From Klebsormidium nitens (Eukaryota; Plantae; Klebsormidiophyceae): a stretch of DNA of 64,000 nucleotides. The stretch is from assembly GCA_000708835.1 (NCBI GenBank), contig DF237115.1:1-64000 (forward strand), read 5' to 3'. Positions within the stretch are counted from its first letter, which is position 1. Every line of letters starts with the position of its first letter. Both the position numbers and the translations under genes were made by a program. Below, piece by piece: positions 35,063-47,292 of this stretch. Under the pieces are notes generated by a model. The model was not told where the DNA came from. It made no database searches and saw only the letters and a program-made list of their open reading frames with translations.

Positions 35063-36386
35063 TCAAATTCACCGTTGCCTTGCTATTGCTACAGACGAAA
35101 GGGATGTGAAAAAAGAAGACGAGACTCCAATCACTGAGTCGGGTACCGTTACAGTCACTGCAAAAGGGGATTCCCCTGGCTTGCCGAATACAGTCGGGAA
35201 TGAAAGTGAGATGTACATGCTTTTAACATATGGTCCGTTCATACTGGCTAGAGTCTCCTGGCGTGGTTTGTTAATCAAACTCAAAAGGGCCACTCATGCA
35301 ACCATTGTGACGTGTGGACTGCACAGAGCAGTGAGCATATGCCAGCAGACCAGTGCATGCCCGGCATGGTCTGATCATCAGGCGGCCTGATCATCAAGTT
35401 CGAAAAGAGAACATCATTCATCAAGTCAACCCTGCTGCGGACTGACGACATCTACTATTCTCGGGTTTCATGATCTGCATACTATAATTCTGGCGGCTCA
35501 TGCGGCTCTAGTGCCATCATGCATTCTCGCCGGCCACATCGCATGCATGATCGACCAAACCGTAATGATATAAATCAAGGACTCGTCGATACTATGATAC
35601 ATTGATATGGTCTCACCGCGGAGCATTGCCCGATGGCTCAGCGTGGCCCAGGGTTTACAAGAACATGTGACCATATGCATCTGACTCGCGGTGCATGTCA
35701 GTATGCATGATCATTCATGACACGTAACTCAACGCAAACTTCGTTTGCAGATGCTGGCCTAAGGGTCGGAGTGCGTTTGCCAAATGCGCACAGTATGGTT
35801 GACGCGTGACCGCAATATAAAACGCCTCGGTTGTATGTACGCTGCATAAGTCTGCACAGGGCTGCTATATCATGTTCTTTCACATATGCGTCAAATTCTT
35901 GGAGCTCAGGCCTCTTGCTGTATCCCTAGCGCGTCGACTTTGGTCACATTTGTGCAATTCATATAGCTGCATGGCCAGCCGGGCCGCCCCTTTGGCATGC
36001 TATGGGCCAGCCAGCGTCTTGCACGGTACTGTCATGTCAGTGCCAAGCGCGTATCATAGTCAAAGCCAGATCCAGTAGAATGGCCTCCGACTCAAAGGTG
36101 CCGGGGTGCCACCTTGGAGCCAGGTCGGGTGTATCATGTGACTCCTTGTGTAGAGGTGCACTCCCCTAAGGGCGAGAGCTTGCCAAATATTTTACGCGTC
36201 TGCCTGCTTGTGATGATTCCGAAGATTTTGCAGGAGTCAGATAGGTGCACGAGCATTCTTCTCGTGGATAATTTTGTGAGACAACTTGTAAGCTTTGATA
36301 ATGCTAGATCCGACACTTACTGTCTGAGACATCTTCACGGAGGTGGGACCGTAAGCAAGGACCTTGCAGTGTATGTACATGTCAGC

Positions 36387-37671
36387 CTACAGCTGCATAA
36401 GTCTCCGCAACCGTATCTTGACATCACGTGGTATGTGATGCATCGCTTTCAGAGTCCGTCGACCGCCTGCATCTGCCGCATTCTCCGCGAACCCGGTCTT
36501 CTTGGCAACGTAGTTCTTCAGCTCCTGCATGCCTGCAGTAGCAGAAACGAGGACCCTCAATTCATGAAAGTGCCCTTAAATCAAGGACAAGAAATGAGTT
36601 GGTCAAGTTAAGAGCGAGTCTGGCAAATCTATTTGAAAACAAGAGTCCCGAAATTCAAGACCGTCTGCAAAGAGCCCGCACTTGAGTGTGCTTGAAGCTG
36701 CTCCTGAATGACATTTGAATGTGCTTGCGAAAGCATACGGACGCCTTGTATGATGTGGCCAGCTCTACGTGGGATGCGATGGGAGTTGACGGTCAGAAAT
36801 TTGGGCCAGCACAAGCAGATTTTAATCCGCTTGGGGTTCCAACATGGTCGGAAGACAATGAAAAACCACCCCTGATGGGGCAGCGAACACTTGATCCTGC
36901 ATTCAAAGGGCAGCGGAGGTAGCTTTTTCTCAGATTGAATGAATGTTCTCTGTGCACACATGGTGATTACTGTAGCTGGGTCAATAATATACCAGGAATT
37001 AGCGGTTAATAGAAGAAAATTCACTGACTGGGGGGGCAAATTGCATGACCCGAATACAAAGCTGCAAACACCAGAAGTCCTGGATCCCGAGGAAGGTAAA
37101 ACCTCAGCCACTCTGTGCCAGCTATGTATGACAATGAGGAGATTTCTGACGGCTGTGGAGGCAATGGAGACAATCATAGTTTCATCGTTGTACAATAAAT
37201 GACCAGGGCAGAATCCATTCCTACAATAATTGGATTGCTACAACGGTTGACACAACTCCCGATATCCAATAAACTTCAATTGGTATCTTTTTAGGCAGCT
37301 ACAGCTACGAATTGCGAAGCGGTGAAACTCCTTTCCAATTACAAATCCTGATATCCAATGCATTCACCTCTGCAGCTTGGAAAAACAAGCTCACTGAAAA
37401 GAACACCTGCTTCAATACTGGCCTCATTGTGAGAGGGAGGAATGTACCACTCCAATGCAACCAATTCAATGATGGAGGGGAGTGACCTTAAGGGTTGCGA
37501 TTTACCATGACTTGCAAGCTCTGTTGCTGACACGTCCACCTTCTTCTGCCTTGCCTCCTGTAACCGTGCAGAGATCCCCCACCAAACAGGCCGCCCAAGG
37601 TAGAACAGCACCAAGAGCAGGGCTACAATGATAGCGCTGCGAAAGACAAATCGGAAAGTTCTTTGATCCAT
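36387..37671 (-). CDS. Small conserved plant-type single-pass membrane protein of unknown function; 2 exons, 103 aa
   Basis: Exons 37671-37506 and 36532-36387 give MDQRTFRFVFRSAIIVALLLVLFYLGRPVWWGISARLQEARQKK...GMQELKNYVAKKTGF...RRLMQL*. One TM helix followed by GRPxxW, similar to an uncharacterised land-plant family as I recall it. The exon 2 choice is an inference. Confidence 0.6.
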
Positions 37672-37878
37672 GGACCCGCTCCTCAGGATCAATAAATTCG
37701 GGTGATTGCAGAATGCTGATCGGATGGTCAGGCACGAATGGAAGCGAACCTCCGAGCTGCCATGACGCTGGTTGGGGGTCGGGAAAGTGTCCTTCTGAGG
37801 CTTCTCTAAAGACTAAACAGAGCAAACTTGAGCAAACTCCTTTCCCAGAAATGCCGACAGGACGACGTCTTGTCAAGG

Positions 37879-38272
37879 CAGTGTTCGTGGCGAAATTGTT
37901 TTTCGAAATGCGCAAAAACTAATTCCTGAGGCGCAAACTCCCCCTAATTGGCGAAATTGGCGAAATTGTCCGTATGCTTATGCAGCATTATGCCTCTGAC
38001 GCTATATACTGGTGTCAAACTTGGTCAAAGTTTGACGTCGACAGCCGTTAACAACTTTCCCGACTGGCTTCCCAAGGTCAGGGCGCACATGACCCCAATT
38101 TCAACCCAAGGCGACTCTGACACCAGCGTCCTGAGCATGCGCGCCTATGCGCGGCCGCGCGGCCGCGCTTAATTTCGCCACCCCTGGCGAAATTGGGTGA
38201 TTTGCGCAAATGTGCGCAAATATTGCGCCAATACCCAATTGGCGCAATAATAAGGTTTCGCCACGAACACTG
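37879..38272. mobile_element. Non-autonomous hAT-type DNA transposon (MITE), 394 bp
   Basis: Perfect 17-bp TIR CAGTGTTCGTGGCGAAA (37879-37895 and 38256-38272). 8-bp flanks tgtcaagg and ggtcaagg match at 7/8 positions (TSD). Subterminal GGCGAAA/TTTCGCC repeats. Confidence 0.85.
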
Positions 38273-38993
38273 GGTCAAGGGGACAAATCGTCGAAAGCTA
38301 CCGCGACGTATGCCTGATTGGTTTTATGTAATATACAAGCAATCTTTGCAATATATTGGTTAAAGCTTTGAAAACTAGAAGTGGCCAACATTCAAACTTT
38401 ATCAATGTCGGCTACGTATGTAGTAAAGTCGTCCAATACAGTTCCATTGTACGATGAATATGAGATTATATGACCGCACCCGTGCTTGTCCTCGCGGAAA
38501 AGCAAGTGAACGTTTTGAAGAAGTGGACCGTCACAACATGTGGCGACGTCTGATTCGTCGACAGTTCACGTGCTTTCGAACGTCGACTCTGATTGGCCAG
38601 TGCTCCCACGCCCTTGCTCAAAACAAGCTCACGAGTCACTGCATTGAGATCTGGATCTGTCTTGTCAATGTCAAGGTCACTCTTCAATTCCTCTCAAGAA
38701 CGAAACCACTTTCCTAAATTACTTTTTGCTCTTGTTCTTCTTGCGCGGCACGTCTTACGGAAACCTGACCGCAGTGCAAAGAGGGCGCCGCACATGCCTT
38801 TGACAGCAAGTCCCCTCCAAAGCTGAGCTGACGGATTACTACATTGTTGACTACGTTGGCAGCAGCTCTTGATAATTCTCCTATGTGCAGCCCTGTTCAA
38901 AGCACTTCCTCCACCCTATAGGCTTTGCACTAAGAGGGTACCAGATTGCAGCATGAACTTCTGCTCTGAGGTCACTTGACATGTCTTCTGAAC

Positions 38994-41900
38994 ATGTCCC
39001 GGAAGAAAGTTGCAAGAGCAGCTATGACAGCAGCATGGGATGGCGAGCGGAGGTACACCCGTGCGTGGTACTTGATGCTGGCAGCGACGGCCTCATTTCT
39101 GCTGCTGACAGGGGGCTTCATTTGGGGCAGAATCTCTGGAGTAAGCACGTTGCAGCTCATCCAGACTCAAGTCAGGTATGTCGAACCACTCCTTGCTCAG
39201 ACTATGTCTCAGTATTTTTCCAATAAGAAACTCTCAGCATTTGCATGGTTATGAAACTGGTCACTCTTTTTTCTGACGGACAGGCAGCCCAGCTGATTCT
39301 TCGTACGTGTTTGTGAATTTGTTCATTCCTCTGGCGACTCCTTTGTTCCAACATCTGCTGTTCGTCCCCTGGTGGTCCAACTCTTATACTGCTTGTTTGC
39401 TGGCATCTGTTACTCCTATTGTTATTCAGGCCTTTGAACTCGATAATGTGGGAACTTTTTTTCAACGCATACTGCACTACTACCACTACTATCTCCTTGC
39501 GGGAAAGGCGTCACCCCCATAGAGTTAAAAGATGGATAAATTCTGGCCTTACACCCAGGAAACTTTGCAAGAAGGTGAACCTCTAGAGAAACACTAAAGA
39601 ATGGAAAAGATTTGCCCTTTAGGAAACGACAAAGTGCTTGCTTCATGAGCTCAACAAACATGGGCAGACCCACATCATGTCCTTCTTCCATTATAATAGA
39701 CGTTCACAAAGTCGCAGCATTGCGAGCGCCGCTTGTAGTCTTTCCCACTATTCATGCTGTCATGCCGTTTCTCTTCAGAGGAAGGTGTCTCGAAGTGCCC
39801 GTTTCGAAGAAGATTTTTCAAGGAGATAGCCCCCGATTAAACTCCAACAACAGCTGTCTCTTTTGAATGGATAAAAGATTTCGAAGTATGCACATGGGAG
39901 GGTATCCCACCGGTTGGCTTCAAGCAACATAGCAACTGCTGGCAGCTTTCCAATCAGTCTAACTCCTGCATGAAATTCCTAGCATAAGTGGCCATGCCTG
40001 AGAAGAATAGTCTGGTACATCAACGGCGACGAACACTGAACTGACCAGCAAAGACTGCCACGATCTTGATTGTACCTTTGTGTGTATTCCAGAGTGATCC
40101 ACCAAACAGGCGTCTTACCAGAGGATGATTTTCACTTCAAGCGGGGATCACTTGGAAGCTCGACTCAGGAAAGTGCAGTAGGAAGGGCAGCCAGCACAGT
40201 TGGTGGGAGTGAAGGGGTGTTTGATAGAGATAAGATTGTTGCAGAGCAGGGCGAAAGAGAGGACATTTTGTGGCCCTCTGATAGGAAAACGTCTCAGGAG
40301 GAGTCTGGAGGAAAGGGATGGGTAGAAAAAAGCGAGACGGTTAAGTATCTGGCAAACCGGGAACTCGAAGGTGGAAGTGCGAGGGAAACGGAGAGCTTGA
40401 GGGAAGGAAATGGGATCTCAATTGGTGCAGAAACAGAGAACAGCTGGATTCAAGGAAGAGGGATGGTATTGGGGGCGGACGGCTTCCCAACGGCAGAGTG
40501 GAAGTGGGAAACGATGCCAGTGCCAGAGGTGAGTTACTTGAAGTCCCTCAGAACCTCCTTTTGGGGAATTGTTCAGGTTGAAAGGCACCAGCGACATTGC
40601 AGTGCCACCTACAGTGAATAGAGGATGCAGGGCTTTCTGCAGAGCAAGGCGAGCATTCCTCTTGATTTCCGAGTCTGAGGTCCTGTTTTCTGACGGGTGG
40701 TATGGATTGGCTGGCAATGACATCGAGATTCAACCCGAGAAACAATGCCTCCTGACCGTGCAATAAAACAAGGACCTCCAGTAGCACGCGCCTTAGTGCA
40801 GCCGTCCGGTTTTGAATTGAGTCAAGTCGAGCTAGTGACAGTGTTTTGAGGTCCTTAAAATTCAAATCAATGGTGAACACATCTGCACGACAGCGAGTTG
40901 ACATCCACTTGTAACACGATTCTCTTCTAGCTCACCTGTAAGAACCACGCGGCGTAGTCAGAACGATGCAATGTTCTGTTGCAGACAGATCAGACCAAAG
41001 GTAAGTACGGAGGGACGCTCTCCAGAGATTAGAAGACGCACGGTGGCACTTGTCAATCTTTAGTCTGATTCGACCTGTAGCTGCATACATTCGAAAAGTA
41101 ATGTTTCCTGAAACTTCCTAGATAGGTCTCTGAATGTCGTTGGGTCGGGTTTGCAAGCGTCGATGGTATGATTAAATACTTAGGCATGGTGGACCCTGAT
41201 GAATCGTCTCAGCTTCGCGTTTCCTTGTTTACTGAGCAGAAGCAGAAAGCTGCTGTGCAATGGTCTTTCCGTACTTTCGACGATTGACCATTTTCGTCCA
41301 GTGCGAAGCATGACAAGCAGAAAGAATCAACAAAAGGTCCCGCTGTCTTGACACTCGTTGCGTTGCCTTGCAGGGATTTCACAACCCTGACGCAGAACTG
41401 GTAAGCCTCAGCCCAAAGGTGCAATTGTTGAAAATTATCGCAAATCATTGAACATTCATCCAGGACGAAGCTTTTGCGCCTATCCACTGTCGTTGATATA
41501 CGTCATCCCAATATCTTCCTCGATCTCTGCTTTCAGACTCTGTCCTTGCACCAGTTTACCATGTCCTATATACATCTGTTCAAGCACTTATGGGACGGGG
41601 GTCAAGATTCACCCCTTTTCCGGCAATTCATCAATGTAAACGACCAAATGAGAAAGTACGAACGGGAGATTACGGCTTGATATATCGGATGAAAAAGCTG
41701 ATTGACCAGAACGAATGAGTGACTGACAGACCGATCAACCAGAAGATTGACAAATCGACCGACCATTGTAACGACTGAACGAGTGACCGGCTCCTCTTGA
41801 AACGCAGCCCGTCAATTCTCCCCCGGATCTGTGGGACATCCCTCCAGACGAGGGCTGGCGAGCGTGCGATGAACGGCCTGGGGACCACATCGGTTTGCCT

Positions 41901-44900
41901 GAGGGGGGGTCGCAGGGTTACATCAGCGCAGAGCTCGACGGGGGGCTGTGCCAGCAGATTCTGGAGGTGAGGGGGAAACCAGATGTACGATTTCTTTTAG
42001 ACCGCTCTTGCATCGGCTCGTCGCTTTATTTGGCGGATACTAGACGAATATCGCCTGGGTTCCAAATTTGCACGCTCCGTGCTTTGGCCGTAAGAGAGTC
42101 CTCCGCTTTGCCGCTCCTTTCGCAAAACATAGCCGCTCAACAATACCCGGCTAGCGCCAGACATGCGACGATGGAATGTCATTCCAGAAACTAGGCGAAT
42201 CTTCAGACGAGAAAGTGCTTGCGATCCTCGAGTTGTTCAGACAACCCGGTGACCAGATTGGACGGAAAGTCATGCAGTCCTCCTTTTGTTCCATTGTCGT
42301 CAGTCCCATCAGACGTCCGGTGTCCAGTATGTCTGTTTCGGTGTCTCGGTCCAGGACCAGACTGAGATTCGTACATCGTCGCTCAAGTTTTGCAGATGTG
42401 CGACGCCGTGGCTCTGGCGCGGATCTTGAACGCCACGCTGGTGCTTCCCGACCTCAAGTACGACCTGTTCTGGAAGGACAGCACGTGAGCCGCGCTTCCC
42501 CGGCGTGCATCCGATCCATGTCAACGGCTGCCCTTGTCTTCAATTAGTTCGGCTACTACTTCTTCCGCGAGAAACAAACGAGATGTGATCAGACCTGTTC
42601 CGTCGAGCTTGCAATCTTGGGTCGCGTTTGGTATTGGTGGACTCTATCGAGCTCATCCATTGAGTCCAGTCGCTTTTCCCTGACGCAAAATCCGATCGAG
42701 ACGCGACGTGATGGGATCTCTGTCTCCAAACCTTCAGACTCCCTCCCCTCTGACGTTATCAATACGACCTGTGCATCGCTTTGAGCAAAACCTCTCGAAC
42801 AAAACATCCTTTGCGTTCACGCCACGCCTTCGCCTCTTTGCCTGTCAGGCGCATGTCCGAGGTAATCGACGTCGACTATTTCCGGAAGACGCTGGAGGCT
42901 GACGTCAGGATCGTCACCCGGGAGGAGCTACCCGCGGGGTTGCAGGAGAAGGACACGTGGCAAGTGGCCAAGAAAACATATCTTGGCACGCCGGAGGTGA
43001 GCGGATCTTTGCACAAGAGCGCCTGGACAAGCTTGAACCGGGTCAGCTGATGCCGAAAGTATCGGTCGTTGTTAGTGCTATTGATATCGTTATTATCTCG
43101 TGTACGATCCGAGGGCCGCCCTACTTCGTGCCTACGGGCTATCTTTTCCGCAGAAGTAGACCGAAAACTTAAATAGCTTTATGGATCCTTCAAAATAACC
43201 GTCACAACCGTGTTGGATGAAGAACCCCGGATTGTCCAGACGTGCTTCGGAACGAGCCTCCACAACAACGAAACGGAATCGAATCTTCTTTGCATCTAGG
43301 GTACCGCTCCTTCGCGCCTCTCCTCTTGCCCGTTCGTGTGCTCCTCTGCCGACGGGCTTCTTTGACCCCAGTAAAAACATAGTTGTAGAGAATCTGTATC
43401 GACAGTTCTTAAGTCGGTCCTTCACTTGACATTGACATCCCATTTATGGTGTCTCCAGGAGTACCGCGACTTGGCGCCGCTCCTCTCGCCCGTGCGCGTG
43501 CTCTTGGTCCGTTGAAGTCCTTCAATCCTTTCTAATCTCTCAGATTATTTCTTCACAATCAAGGAAGTAACGAACCTGTTGAAAATCAATTTATTATTTT
43601 GTTACCAGGAGTACCGCAGCTTTGCGCCGCTCCTCTCGCCCGCCAACGTGCTCTTCTTCCGCTACCCGTTCTTCGAGCCCCTCGCGCACCAGCTGACGCC
43701 CCGCCTCGACAAGCTGCGGTGCCGCACCAAGTACCGCGCGCTGCGCTTTGCGCCAGACGTGCTGGCGGTGGGGGACCGGGTCATGAGCCGCATGAGGGCC
43801 GAGGGGGACGGGCGCTTCCTTGCGCTGCATTTGCGCTTTGAGGAGGTGAGCTAACGACGAGATTACCGTAATGGAAAGGTATGAATCCGAAAAAAAAAAT
43901 GAATGATTATGTACCATTCGGACTGCTACATTACCTGTTTTTCGTTTGGAAAATGATTTTTCGGATTCATTGTGTAATTGCTCAAGTGCCGTCGGATTCT
44001 CAAAGTCTTAGCCGGGCAGGCCAGATATGGGGGAAGAATGTGCTCGGGGAGCAGTTCCGAGCACATCCGGATTCAGGGGCGCATTCATTTTAACAAAACC
44101 GGCAAAAGAGGTCGTATTCAATTGAACAATTACCATTTTCGACCATTCGGGTTCATACCTTTCCACTACGGTACCAACTATCCAGGTGCCCGACCTCGTA
44201 ATCGTGTAGGATAATCTTGGATGCTGACCTCCTAGTCCATTTCGAGGATTTGAACAAGAAGAACTGCGTCGTGCCTGTGCTTCGCGGAGGTGCGTCTGCT
44301 TCTACTGTGCACTGATTCGTTTTTGGAATGCTGAAACTTCCATTGTACCAGCACTTTTTCTTTTAGAAACCAGTTATCAGGGAATCAATCTGCATTTGCG
44401 CTTCGAGAAGATGCGTCTGCTGGACTGATCTGTTTCCTTGAGATGCTCGAGTTTCTTTTTCTCAAGCACTCTTTTGTTCAAAATCCGCTTATCAGGGAAG
44501 CAATCTCCAGTTCTGCTTCGAAGGTGCGTCTGCGTCTATTCTGCATCCATTTGGATTTTGAAGTGCTTAAGTATCTGGTGTACAAGCAGCAATCTCTTTC
44601 GCTTAGAGATTCATCTGCGAATCTACCTGACAACGGAAGCTCAGAACTTCAGGCGACGGACTTCAAAAGCGTGGGGTGGACGATCTTGCTAGCGGAATCG
44701 TCTCAATTCTTTGCGCTTTGGAAGTTTGAACAATAAGGAATTGCGTTGCCCTGCACTTCACAAACGGGTGATTCTGCTCTCCCATTGAAACCTCGATCAC
44801 ACCTCTTGTTCTCTGGCAAAACTTGCAAGCTTTTATGCACACGGAGAGGATAAGAAAGGCTGTACGCAGGGTGTTATTGAATCAACAGATAAAAGTCAAC

Positions 44901-47292
44901 ATTATACCTCTTTCGTATGCTTTTTCATCCTATATAAAGTGCCTGCTACAACCTGAGCTTACCGAGTATATCAGCTGGAAGCTTGGGACTGCCATATGCG
45001 TAACCGCGCGTTCGAATTTCCTTTGAGTCGCCATCATACCGTTTCCTCGCAGGATCGAGTTGCGGCATCTTGGTGCGACTACGGCCAGACCCCGGAGGAG
45101 GAAGCCCGGCTGGAGCGGATCCGCGGAGAGCGCGACTGGCGCCCCGCCTGGCAGGGCATCGCCAATGTAACGACGGAGGAGCAAAAGTGGGCGGGGGGCT
45201 GGTGCCCGGCGTCCCCGGGGATGGTGGCCAAGTGGCTGAGAGCGCTCGGGTGAGCCTCTACCGGGCACTCTTTCAATCCATTTGGACGCCAATAGTGCCG
45301 CACGTTGAGTTTGGCATGCCCCTCAAGTTACTCCATGGTTTTCAATTGATTCTACCCCCTTAAATCAAGACGTGTTTACCTCTAGGATGGTCCTTAGACC
45401 CAATTCAAATTGGCTGGGCTTTGATCCTAGCGAAAAGGAAGGGTCTCTCGTTGTGAATCGGAAGGGCGCTCGGGGTGTCGGTTCCAGCAGATTGGATGTG
45501 AGAGCGCTCGGGTGGGTCTCACCCCGGACTACCGACTATACTGCCCGTTGAGTCTGTCATGCCCCTTAAGTCACTTGATTGTTTCCATTTTCCGTACGCT
45601 TAAAAGTATGTAGCTTTTTCGTTGCTGGGACGATGTCCTCAAAGCTGATCAACATCTGGCTGCGGATGATCGGGCTCGGGTTCGTATCCACGGAGTTCTG
45701 GGGCTCTCGTTCTGGCATAGAAGGGGGATCACGGGGTGTCGCTTTCAGCAGAGACGACGCGAAGTTGTCTCAGTAAAGCTCTTCTGGGCGGATCTTTTTG
45801 AAAGATGTCGTCGACATTGATGGAAGGCCACGGAAATCTCTTTCACGCATATCGGTATTCACGGAGCATGTACTATCATAGGTTCAGAGTGGTTGTTTTA
45901 CGCGGCGCTCTGTGACCCGCGGACGAACGCGGCAACACCCGAGAAAGAAGTTTTGGTCGAGAAATGCAGAAGATCACGCTCTCAGCTAGTGAACTTGCGA
46001 CTAGCGAAGATTTGCGCTCGAGTAATGAGCATGTTAATCGTTACTTGTCGGGGGCGTTCTTTTTTCTTTCACGTGCATTATCATGTTTCGGCAACGGTTG
46101 AGGAGAGGATATTCTCCCACCAACACTTTGGTACTTGTCGATTACCAACCCGGTTGCGAGGGTCTGCATCTTGAGACCCGGTGAAACGATCCCTCATTAC
46201 TTCGCTCTCTGTTTGGCCTCGTCGTCCCTATCATCTGCTCACCTCGTTGTTTCAACCGTGGACTCCCCAGCAGCATTTGACCAAACTCGAAATTTTGTCT
46301 CAGGTACGGACCTGAGACGGCGGTTTACATTGCCGCCGGCGAAGTGTGGAAGAGCCACGTGCACATGGCGTCGTTCAAGGCGCTGTTCCCACGTGTCTTC
46401 ACGAAGGAGGCGCTCTTCACGCCGGAAGACGCCACGTGGCTCAAGGGCAAGAGCAACTTGCTCGCAGCAGTGGATGCACACGTTATGGTGAACGCGCCAG
46501 TGGCGGCGATCACTCTGTGGGGACAGGTGAGGGCTGGAAAGAATTGAGCTCAAGAGAAGAGATTATAAGTTGAGATAATAATAAGGTATCCGCACTGCGG
46601 CGGGTAGGGTTAGTTTGGTGGTTAGTGTGGGTAGGGTTGCGAAGCAGGTACTTCGTGTGGGGTTAGGATTTTTTGTGTTAATCGGAGATTTATACTATCT
46701 TGGCTTACTAATATGTTTCTTGAGTCTCATTTGAAAACACGCTGGGGGCGGAATGCGCAATCGGACATTAAGAGAGCGTTCTCGAGAGAGAAGGGAACTA
46801 ACTTGTATCCAGTTGCTGGCTGAAACGACCCCAGTACCAGGTAGACCCTCTTATCTCGCTGCACGCTGCCACAACCTACGGACTCAAGGTTAACAAGACG
46901 TTATTGGCGTTCTATGTGAAAGATCTGGTTCAATTTGTGACGGGATCTGAGTCAGCTTGTATCGGGATTGGACTCCTAAGCTCGGCGTTTTCTTCTCGCA
47001 GATGACATGGTACGTGGTGGGTCACCGGGCGTGGTTAGGGCACAAGAAGCGGGTTACCATCCCGCTTTGGCGGCTGCCCGGGCTGGATGACGAGGGCTGG
47101 GAATCGTACCAGAGCGAGTTGCGGAAGTGGGACTTTTACGGGGCTCCGCGGAATCGAACAGCAGAGCCTTTTGCGGTTCCAATATACGGGAATCCGGTTC
47201 CCAACTGCATGTGCCAACCGGAGGGGGGTCCGCTGCCGTTCAATAGTCGAACGTGCAAATCGGATGCCTATAAATGTGTTGATGAAAGGTAG
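38994..47292 (+). CDS. O-fucosyltransferase family protein (PF10250/DUF246, plant GT106-like), type II membrane; 9 exons, 653 aa
   Basis: Exons 38994-39175, 40093-40528, 41808-41966, 42396-42484, 42849-42996, 43609-43845, 45053-45249, 46304-46526 and 47002-47292 are in frame. Motifs CDAVALARILNATLVLP, LRCRTKYRALRFAP, FLALHLRFEE|D, CPASP, VYIAAGE, LAAVD and a terminal CMC. Confidence 0.9.
43290..43510 (+). repeat. Intronic duplicates of the acceptor plus 5' end of O-FucT exon 6 (2 extra copies)
   Basis: ag|G(A)GTACCGC...GCGCC.CTCCTCT.GCCC at 43298-43350 and 43457-43515, versus the functional exon start at 43609. Confidence 0.85.
44265..44545 (+). repeat. Degenerate tandem units carrying the O-FucT exon 6 3' end (CTGCATTTGCGCTTCGAG) with pseudo-donors
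   Basis: ctgcatttgcgcttcgagaag|atgcgtctg at about 44390-44420. Related cttcgcggag|gtgcgtctg at about 44280-44300 and cttcgaag|gtgcgtctg at about 44516-44532. Confidence 0.65.
45455..45590 (+). repeat. Duplicate of the O-FucT exon 7 donor region
   Basis: tgagagcgctcgg|gtgggtctc...gttgagtctgtcatgccccttaagt copies the true junction tgagagcgctcgg|gtgagcctc...gttgagtttggcatgcccctcaagt (45237-45330). Confidence 0.8.
46549..46723. mobile_element. Fold-back/MITE-like element with telomere-like core, copy 2 (in O-FucT intron 8)
   Basis: ctcaag...gataataataaggtatccgcactgcggcgggtagggttag...ggttagga...tatcttggcttactaatatgtttcttgag is collinear with 2130-2306. Confidence 0.65.

Noticed and set aside
36545-37200. 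Protein-like plus-strand fragments (KRGPSIHESALK..., DALYDVASSTWDAMG..., WGGKLHDPNTKL...) inside the intron of the small minus-strand gene
   Set aside because: They are interrupted by stops, give no coherent splice model and show no recognisable family. They could be a decayed gene or TE, but this cannot be supported without a search.
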